A DNA stretch of 56,194 nt, counting the filler, from Catajapyx aquilonaris (taxonomy: Eukaryota): assembly GCA_000934665.2 (NCBI GenBank). It is 4 parts of 4 records of this genome, joined end to end, with 100 filler letters (N's around TTAATTAATTAA, not from the genome) between each part and the next. Parts side by side here need not be neighbours in the genome. Positions count along the whole stretch, not along the records: positions 42,193 to 56,194 come from KZ539752.1; 3 more parts are not named here. One strand, given 5' to 3'. Under the pieces are notes generated by a model. That model saw only the letters and a program-made list of their open reading frames with translations, ran no database searches and had not been told where the DNA came from. Every line of letters starts with the position of its first letter. Positions within the stretch are counted from its first letter, which is position 1. Positions 46,403 through 56,194 of the stretch are shown here, one piece after another. Made by a program: the position numbers and the translations under genes.

Positions 46403-49400
46403 TTTTACCTCTCCTTATAAAGAGGCGGTTCATCCTGGCGTATATGTAACCCAACCAACTCTCTTGTGTTGCTGGTTGCCAACATGCTGCTAATTGGCTG
46501 GTTAAAAATTCAGCACCCTGTACTTAGCTTGATGTGTTTGGTACACTGTGTTCTTTGTGAGGGATGTAAATAATAAATGACATTGGTACGTGGCACACGT
46601 ATGATGTGGGCCATTTATTTTCAGGAAACGTGGCAACCTCCGATGCGAGGTGCAGAAGAGTTCTCAATAAAGCCGGAGGGATGTTGACATTTCATCTTCA
46701 ATTAATGCAGGGAAAACAGTTTCTGTCTTATTGCGCGAGGCTTACGTGGTAGAACCCTGGCCGGAGTATAATGTTCCGCAGTGTTTTCATTTTCAAAGAG
46801 TAAAGAGAGAGACTGCAAAATTTTAATACGGGTAAATTTGCAAAAGCCGGATTTTTTTGGGGTCGTTGAAAAACCACTGAATCATACTAAATCAATTTCA
46901 CTTTATTGGCCCTAGGCGTATTATAAAAGTACAATGGTTTCACCTATACCAAATACAGCGGTCGTTACCTGTAAGGCGTTCTCGACCTTTCCCAGTTAAT
47001 TACCATAGTAACTGTACAGTAACCCACACATGCTGATGAGCACTTTTTAAACAGATATGCTCTCTAGTAGATCGACAGAAGATTACACTCACAGTGACAT
47101 GGTACAAATGAACCGCACATAAAAGTGAGACATTAATGAAAATGGCATTTCAGATTTTATCTTTCCGTCTAAAATGTAACAATGTAGCTGGTTTAAAATT
47201 ACAAAACAGTAGTGTGAAGGATGTGGTCATATATAGCATATCTTTGTATTAATACGATTGAAGCATATAACGTTCTTCATTTAATTTTAGTGACATCCTG
47301 ACAGGTGGGACTTCTACACAAATTTAGACATATTTTCGACGCTTTTTTCTCAGAGAACTGCGCGATTCGCATTTTGTAAAACCAATATTTGCCTTTGAGC
47401 ATCATCAAAAAATGTAACAAGAGTAAACTCACAGGAAGTAACGGATACTCTCCTTTTGAAGTTCTGAAACGCATATTCCAGAGTATAAAATGACCTCGCA
47501 TTCGCAAAATGTCACGTCCGCCTTTTTCTGCACACATTATCCTGATATCACATCCCTTACTTCAACCCCGCAGTAACCTCCAATCGAACTAACACCAGGC
47601 TCCATTAGTCCCAAGCCACACTTAAACCCTCTCAGCTTAACTACATTAAACCAAACCCACTTAAGTTCAAACACTGCTCAGAAACTGATTACAGCCTAGA
47701 GTACCGGTTCTCCTAGCTCACATATACCTTAGTAATTCAAAACTTGGTTTGAGCAAGCGGCGCTCAATAGCATCACTAGACCCTGCCATCATTTACTTTG
47801 AAATTAGAGTAGGTTTAAGTCGCTTCAAATGTCAAATACTGGGTCCCAAACGGCCGGTTATATTACGACATCGCTCTTTTTATTTAAGCACCTTCCATGC
47901 TTTCATACTAAAAATCCCTCAGAAAGTTACTTTTCATGTACCGTCTTCCATAATCACAGCCGTGACATCACCCCCCCCCCCAAAAAAAAAGTTGCAAGTA
48001 GCTCTCAGGAGGACGCTCGTATAATTCTGAACCCAAAAGTGCTCTTGGTGGTACCACCTGTAGGTGCAATTTTCCAACAGCGTTTTTTTATCGCCTCCAT
48101 TAGAATAGTAATTTTGGGGGAGAAACTCGTATTGAGTCCTATATACAACCAGGGTTTGTCACCAGAGCCTAACGATGCGCCAAGCTCATGCAAACGTCCC
48201 CTAGAATGGTCCTGGGTTGTAACTCTGACCGTCTTTCCTGAGAACCCCCGAAATGGATACCACCCTTGGGAGATGTCCCCTTCCAGTACAATGTTCTTTT
48301 AACGGGCGTGGGACTAGGGAGTGTCATGTTGCAATGTGCGGGAGCGTTGTCATTTTCACCTCGGTGTACTACCTTTTTGGTACGGTTAGCAAAACCGAAT
48401 TAATTAGGGAGTTCCAAAGCGTACAGCCGTTATTCAAAAAGTTTTTGGCGAGTTGCGAAAGTCAAGGGCTCTACGGAGGGAAGTTGTCGTCAAAGGGGGT
48501 TCAAATTTCTTGCCAAGGAGTGCAACTTTTAACGAGACTAATTTAATTGGGATGCTTCTTGGTGAGGAGAAACTGGACCAGATGGTTAAGTCAGGAAACC
48601 ACAGTTGCTGCAAAATTTGTGATTTTATATTTGAAAATTCCTTGTCAATTATTCTTCAATATCAATACCTCTTGTATCGCGCCCAAACTGACACCCTCCC
48701 TATCCACAAGATACACATGTTTTCCCCCAAGCCTAATATGCTATCAACACTTTTAAAAAATGTAATAACCAACTTAACTGCCATGCTGTTCACCTATCTC
48801 ATTTTTTTTTAGATTGTGGGTCTGACTCGGGTCCAACTTTATGTATCGGATATCAATTTCAGATATGAGAATGGCGCCGTCTATATGAGGGAACAAACCC
48901 TTAGTTAATGGCGTCGACATATTACCCAGCAATAAGTCTGGTGCCAGACTTGGTTGTGCTGTGTTGGGTTCTCTCTCNCCCCCCCCCCCCCTTTTACAGA
49001 GTAGGATCGATGCAAAACCTCCCCCAGCAACCTCCCTAGCCGCAGATGGATGAAAGTGGCTGGATGGAAAGAAGCTGGGACCCCGATAAGGCCGCACCCC
49101 AGTTACCGATATGAATTAAACCGGGCTTTAAAGGAGCCAATTAATTTGGGGGGAGACGTGGGGAAGGGAGATGTCAAGTCTAGTCCTGGTCGTGAATACA
49201 TAAGCACTTGGCTGTCTCATGTTCGGATGGATGGGCGTCGCCGTCGCCTTCACACAATCCCTGTATGGAGACACTTACGCACGCCTTTCAATTCCAAGCT
49301 CTTTCACCAGCATGGCTCCATATGTCACGTACGAATGCCTTGGAGGGGNGGGGGTCAAACACCTGTCAAGTCCAGGCGAAGATGCGTACGTTCAAGAACC

Positions 49401-52400
49401 TCAGGTCAACAACCGGCAGGTTCAAGTGAAGAAGCAGGGTCGATGTGTGTATAGGTGTGCATGGAGTCGCAGAATTGCAACAGTGCATTTCTCATTGTTA
49501 TCCATTGTAGTTCGTCCCAGTATAATTAATAACAGGCCGCCGAGTCAATAAATAATAACAGTAGTAGCTCATTAGTAATTAGTAATAACAATAAATGAAA
49601 CAATGACAATCAGTTAATAACAGGGGCAACCCTTTGTGGCATTGTTTCAATAAAATTATTAAATTCGCTGATATTTAAAAACAAAAAATGAAAATTGATA
49701 TTTCATTATACAGTCGTAAAAAAAACTAAAAATTGTATGAATGCAAAAGGCAAGTGTCTCTTCAGAAAACTGTATACCTTGTATGTGAAGGTAACTTAGG
49801 AATTCTGCTCCCACTTCCTATACTAGCCTACACATTGGCAGAAAACAATCGATCCTTCCGCCAAAAAATGTGTATTATCCGAATTGGTTTAGTCTCTGAC
49901 AGGAAAGAAACGGGCAGAGAGGCCTATAGGAACAGCTTTCTTCAAACGGATTCCTATTGGTTTCTGAGCAATTTTCTCTTAAGGGCAAGGCAGGGCGAGA
50001 TGCATGCGAAACTGAAACGCTTCCTGGGCCTCCACCCCCAAAAACAGTTCTCCTCAAAGATATATGCGGTGTGTATTGAACTGGAGCCAACGCTATTATA
50101 ATGAAGTCGATTTCCCTGCAGTGCCCCTTTTTTCCGCCCAATTCGGACTGGATATACACAGTTCGCATGCAAATTGCAAGCCCATGTTAACCCAAAATGG
50201 CAACCAGATGAATATTCCGATAATGAATGATCGGGGAGGTCAGTTTTTATTTCTTAATTTTCAGACAGGGAGGTACCCATGAGGGTGGCATATGAGATGG
50301 CCCTAGGGGTGGCCATCGAATAATTCAAAAGGCGCCTCACCCCCTAGTCTGCATAATTGATGGCGTCCCGGGTCTCCGCAGGTCACTGCCGTGGGGTCAA
50401 AGCCACTCTTTCTTTCCCCAATGGTCCGTGACGACGCCAGACACACCCACGCTTTTGATGGCCTCAGGGACCATATGTAAGAATTCATATTTTCTGTCCC
50501 GTGTTATTTTTTGTGTGTAAACCATGGACGAGAATTGGTAGGAGTTGACTCGATTACGGAGCAACAGTGGTCCCCTAACAGCAACAGCCTTCACATGCGG
50601 AGCAATTTATGGGTGCTTTCCTTCCCAGCTGGGTGGCCACGGAGGAAATTTCTCTTCGCAGAATGCACTATATACAGGCCTACATCTCCGGATCTGGGTT
50701 CCCACCCCCAGCAAAACCCTCCGGTTGGAATTCATTCTGGAATGCAAATTAATTTCCACCCACAGCCTCCCTATAAGCCTCTTCATTCCCAAAACCCACA
50801 AGGGGGTAGGCAGCCCGAATGACAATTCAGCTGATGAGTATTAGTGATGAGCATTATTTTTGGGGAAAAAAACTCCATAAATATCGAATGTCGACTCAAT
50901 AAAATCGATACATTACGATAATATCAATATTAAATATATCGAATTAGCGCCATCATTTGGATGAACCAGCTTCAAGTGGAGGGGTAAATTAGACTCACAG
51001 AAGGGATGTAATTGGTGCATAATCCAGTTTCAGGAGTTTGGTGGGCAATGCAGATCGGAAGACAATCCTATGGGGACTGGTGGGCTTCAATCCATGTCAG
51101 AAAACTGACGCCGGAAGCTTACTTGCTGCGCACAATTCATCGATCGTACTTGACGGCAACCATATTGCCTTCGAAGCTCCCCCCTTCCTTACACTCAATA
51201 GAACGAGTTAGGAAAAATAATCACAAGTAGGGGGAAAAGGGGGGGAAAGATCTTAACTCAATTAATTCCAGTCCAAGTCAGCTCCACTCACTGAAATATT
51301 GGGTAAAAATCACCCTGTTGACCTGTTATTTGTTTATGTTTATATGCAGCGAATGGCCTCTGTTTGGAGTAGGTGGTGGGCTCGATATTTTCCCATATCA
51401 ACTTATGGTGCTTGTAACACGAGTGCAATTGGATGAAACTGGCAGTTTGAGCAATCTTCTCTCAAATTTATTAGAGTGCAGGGGGAGAGAACTCGACATT
51501 CCCTTTTTCTCCCCTCTTATCCGCCACATGGGCACAAAAGTTGGCTCCGTCACCCGTGTACTACTGATTATGAAGCGGTTGGGTTGTTGATCAGGGAAGC
51601 CTTATTGATCTTTCCACGTGAAAGATTCTTCGCTTTCACTCTCTTTCATCCAAAAAAAAAGAAAAGGAAGGAGTAGAGAGAGAGAGAAAAAAACTTCTCA
51701 AAATCAAAACAGCAGACAGGATATTAGGGAAGTTTGTTGATCCGGAACTTTTTGCGGGAAGGAAATTGTTATTATTCCCTTCCGTGGATTTTCATACAAT
51801 GAGCACCAATAGAAACAGAGGAAAGCCTGAAAAAAACTTTGTGATATACCCACAATCTGAAGGTAGTAATATTCTCCCAAATTCCTTTCCTATATACACA
51901 CCTAGAACTCAAACGAGACGGAAAACGGTCCTTCACAAAAGGCCGCTACATAAACAGTTGATTTGCATGTCGTCCTGGGCTCTTCCGCCTAAAAGTCCCC
52001 TTAATTATTTCCATCGTAATTAATGCTAACGAGCGACGACTTTACAACTTTGTAGCCATTTTCTATGAGCTCGTCAGTGTCTTTCTGCTGATATCAAGCG
52101 CTCGTTGCATTTATTATTTTCTTGACGACTCCCTGTTTGGAAAAGGGGGGTGTTTTCAGCCATTAACGCACCTACTGCATTTCCCCCCNAAAAAAAAATA
52201 TTGCCGGAGAGATCGATTTCCATTATTGGAAGGGTAAGGTCTCCCCCATCCTTCCCGCCCGCCACCATGGAGAGACTTTAATAAAGACGTAATTTGCAAG
52301 CGATCCTTCATCTTGAAAGGCCGTTTCTTATTAGTTGGCGTTCCTGTCAAGGGGAACCCCCGTGTATTTTTGAGGGAGGAAGGATCGGCCATTTTCACTA

Positions 52401-55400
52401 CAGGAAAAACATGAATGGACGTATAGTATAGTCGGAAGGATACACCTCATTTGGACTGATGGAAGTGGGGGAGGGCAAACCATTTCCTCTTGGATTCGAA
52501 CCTACCACAATCCGAAGCTTGTACAGGGTCACTCCCAAAAAAAAAAATTACACGTGACCAATTCATTTAAAGAAAAAAAAACTGTGCCCATGTTTAATTA
52601 CTGTCATTGTTGTTGAATTTATACATGTCCCCACTCAGTCAATGTTCTGTAAGGCGTGGGTCCCTGGCGTGTATAAATTTGAGAATGAAACGATTATTGG
52701 GGACCCCGGGGCAAGGGGATGAAAAAAAAGGGAGAGGGGGGGAGACAGGGGAACCCAGGGTTCGATCGAGAGCTGCCGAATTATTTCTGGTCACGTAGTC
52801 TTCTACCGACACTTCCACTATAGCGTTGCAGCTTCCTTTACGGTCGAGGGTTCAGCAGAGTTCCTTTGAAGTACAGATTCAAAAAGGGGCCGGTTGTCTA
52901 GATGCGCTTAGTGTTACATCAAAAAATGTGGGGAGGTTGCCGCCATACTGTGGAGGGGGAGTAATTAATTTTAAAGAGAAACTTTGTTGCCCACCTTCCT
53001 TTAGAATCAGCAAACAGTGCGCTTTAAAGTTACACAAACGTACCATGTACAAATGAGATGAACATGTTTTTTGTAATAATAAAAAGTTTCAACTGAACTT
53101 CTTAGACTCTTTCACATTGATTGCAGACAGGTTTATACCAGCAAAGATCAGCCCTTTTTTGGCGAGTCAATTTCAGCTCAATATTCAATTATTATAATCT
53201 GTAAGCGGAATTCGAGCAGGGTAGACGTTATATGGCTAGAATCCTGCAGTATGTTTGCCGATTACCCCCCTGCACTATCGCAAACTGCCACGAGAGTCGA
53301 GAAGACGGTTCACTAACGGCAACGTAACGAACCTAATCTTCCTGTAATAAAGCTTAATGCGACGGTACACACGGGCTAGACCAAGATTGGATCGGACAAC
53401 AACGAGGTTTCTCTCAGAGAACCCAACCCGAACGTCGACTCCATTTCCCTAATGACTCACGTATCACTGATGTTCCTTCCCATCATGCAACAGCCAGCAC
53501 CCACAGAGAAAAGGTGACGTCTGACAAAGAGTGCTCCACGTCACCAGGTGATTGGGAGAAAGAAGAATAGTGGAGGGGAAAGGTTGGCTAATTATGCCTA
53601 TTAGCCACGCCCACAACTTGATTACAAAAGGTGACTTCTGGGGATCGTTTACCCTATCCGGTTGATCTACTTCCGGAAACGCTGGGGCCATGTTTACATC
53701 GTCCTTTCGGGGTGAAATTGGGTAATTATTATGCGCTTGGAGCTTTGCAGACGGTCGGACCTGGGGTGAAGTATGCGGAGGAGATAATTGGGCTTTTGTG
53801 CAGATGTGTTGTTCGTTGGTCCCCCCCTCTTGCAAGCTTCTCCTTTTACGTTGTTGTGTAATTGGGAACATGGGTACTTTGTTAGTATTGGCAAAACATG
53901 GGTTTACTAATATCAAAGTATAAACTGTAAACATCCACATTCATTCTCAATAAATTTAACTAGGGTTAATCACAAAAAATTAATTATGTCATTCATATTC
54001 AGACAACCAGTAGTGAAAGCAACATATGCCTATAGTCACAATTTAATACAGTCAGTGAAATATACAGCACATTTTTGAGTACGACCCACTGAATATTAAA
54101 ATCCAGATCAAGAAATACAGTCTGAGCTGCAATCGAATCTTGAACAGGCACGAAACCTTCCAAAATGAAGCAGCAAGAGAGAGAAAAAAAAAAGTTGAGA
54201 TCGATTTTATGCCCAAAATTATGGCATGAATTGAGCAGTGATAAAACGTAATATCCACACTGGATCCGTGATCAGCCTTCCAAAGTTCACAATGGTCCCA
54301 TTCTTTTTTTTTGATATCCTCCCCAGCCGTTAAGATTCATTTCAGTATACGCTTCCGTTTTTGAATCTCAAACTGAAACACTCTTAAAAATGCATTAGGT
54401 GACTTGAACCCTCCTCTTTCCAGCCCTTTAAAAAAAATGGAGTCTCTGACTCAACATTTCACGGGTTGAGTCGATGAGGAAGCAATAGTGACATCAATAA
54501 AGCACCCTTTTGTGTAGGGGTCATCACCCATGTCTTTCACCCTCCTGTGGAATCCTAGGGAATCGATCCCCAACCTTCCCTTCATAATTCAAGGCGAAGC
54601 ATCTACTCAGAGCTGCAATCACTGCTGCCTCCAGGAAGAAGCAATTTGGCCACCAGAAAAGAGCGATGCGATGTTTGGAAGTAGGGATGCTGAGGGAGAG
54701 AAGAAAATTTGTCTTCCCTTGCATCCCAACGAATCTTGGGTCCCCCTATCTTCTTTTGTGCCTTTTTAATGCATTTCCGGCGTGGACAGATGCCTTGTCT
54801 CGCATCTCAAGTCATATTGAATACCCTGCAGAATGTCAGGGCCAGACATTTTGGTCGAATTTTTTTTTCTTGGGGGAGAGCCTCTCGGGCAGCTATTGTG
54901 TGGAAGTGGAGAACCTCAATGGCTATTGACAGCTGAACTGGTCTGCTGCTGCAAGGCACTCCAATTATCCCTGAAAGCACTTGTACGTTTAGTGTAACTC
55001 TAAGGAGGCCAGAAATGACAAATGCAAGAAATGGGCCGTAAATATCATCACACTAATTGATAAATGTATTCGCCCTTGCCGCACTGCAGCAAGTTCAAGA
55101 GTATTGTACACCCAGTACATTACACCCCCTAAGCAGTTGGCTTAACAGCTGGAATCGAAGTGCAACTAAGTTCCACCAAGTAATGCGGCCCCACTGAAAT
55201 CGTACCAGTGGATCGTTTCAAGAGAGGAAGCGGACAATTTGACAATGACGTGGCCCCCCTACCAGCCCCACACAATGCTAATGGACTCGACAGGCCTGGG
55301 CAATTGAAAACGATAACATTAGTCGGAGAGGGCATGCGCTTTGCAACCCTTCCTTGCACCCTGAATATGCAGACCTTTTAACCATGCAAGGATACATAGT

Positions 55401-56194
55401 TTAAAAAAATTTTCCCTTAAAAAATTCCAACTGATGTCACATCCTTTTTCAGCACTTTGGGTACGTATGTGTGGGTTCGGCTTCAACCCAAACCTACACT
55501 TAAGCCGTCACATCTTACCAAAAGTTTTCCAGCCCTCTCTTTGCCAAAGTTCCTTATTCAAGCCCAGTTGACAATATGGGCGTGGAAGCCCATTTTTCCT
55601 CCAGCTCCGAGGCAAAGAAACAAGTAATTAGGGTCGACTACCAGCGAAACTTGCCATGGCTCTCTCCAGTTTAAACTCGACTTGAATAATGGGCCTAGGC
55701 AAGCAGCGGCAGCCAGCAAAGCCCAACTCTTGGGATCCTATTTTACAGGCCACTTTGGAGACCACGAGGTTTCTCGGCTGGTGACCTCGCGGGGATTTAC
55801 ATTATCCTTCCATACGCCCTGGAGCCTGGAAGCCTCTCTCTCTTTCCAGCCAGAGCTTCCACTTGCTATTCCCTGGAGTCGGCCCAGGGGCCTATATGCA
55901 GCTTCTTTCGGTTACACGCTCACCGGACCCAGGCTTGGCCACACTGGGAGGTAAAGCCAGGGGCGTTAATGCCAATTAACTCTGAGTGAGGATAATTACA
56001 AACAAACTTATCTGAAACAACACCTGCAATATGGGGTGAAATAAAGTACAGTGTTGGACATTAATTCTGTCATACTGCTAGCGACATTTTTAGAGGCGGC
56101 AGACGTGCACATCGAAGTGATAGAGTGCGAGCCGTGCGAGTAAGAAGAGGTAGGCCTTGGGTGACGTCACTGGCTGGGGGGCAATCGCTTGTCC

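Noticed and set aside
1426..55954. Most ORFs in the six-frame track
   Set aside because: They are short, lack recognisable domains and often lie in repeats. Only 16309-16497 overlaps a real exon, and its listed start is intronic.

Overview
Repeat-rich animal (probably invertebrate) genomic DNA, not prokaryotic; almost all ORFs in the supplied track are spurious. Three identical 100-nt spacers (N44-TTAATTAATTAA-N44) split the window into four ~14-kb segments that are probably unlinked scaffolds. Segment 2 (14070-28031) holds the only well-supported gene: a minus-strand spliced Rdx-family selenoprotein (SelW2/MIEN1-like, MGVKVDIEYC-G-A-U-GY...). It has an in-frame UGA in a CxxU motif, a canonical SECIS in the 3' UTR, and a tandemly duplicated last coding exon giving two predicted isoforms that end in different prenylation-type motifs (CKSQ vs CAII). 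The rest is MITEs (hAT, Tc1/mariner, pogo, piggyBac, Harbinger, Kolobok-like, long foldbacks), four tRNA-derived SINE families, a probable decayed LTR integrase fragment, local duplications and repeat-poor non-coding DNA. All calls were made by eye, with no database searches.
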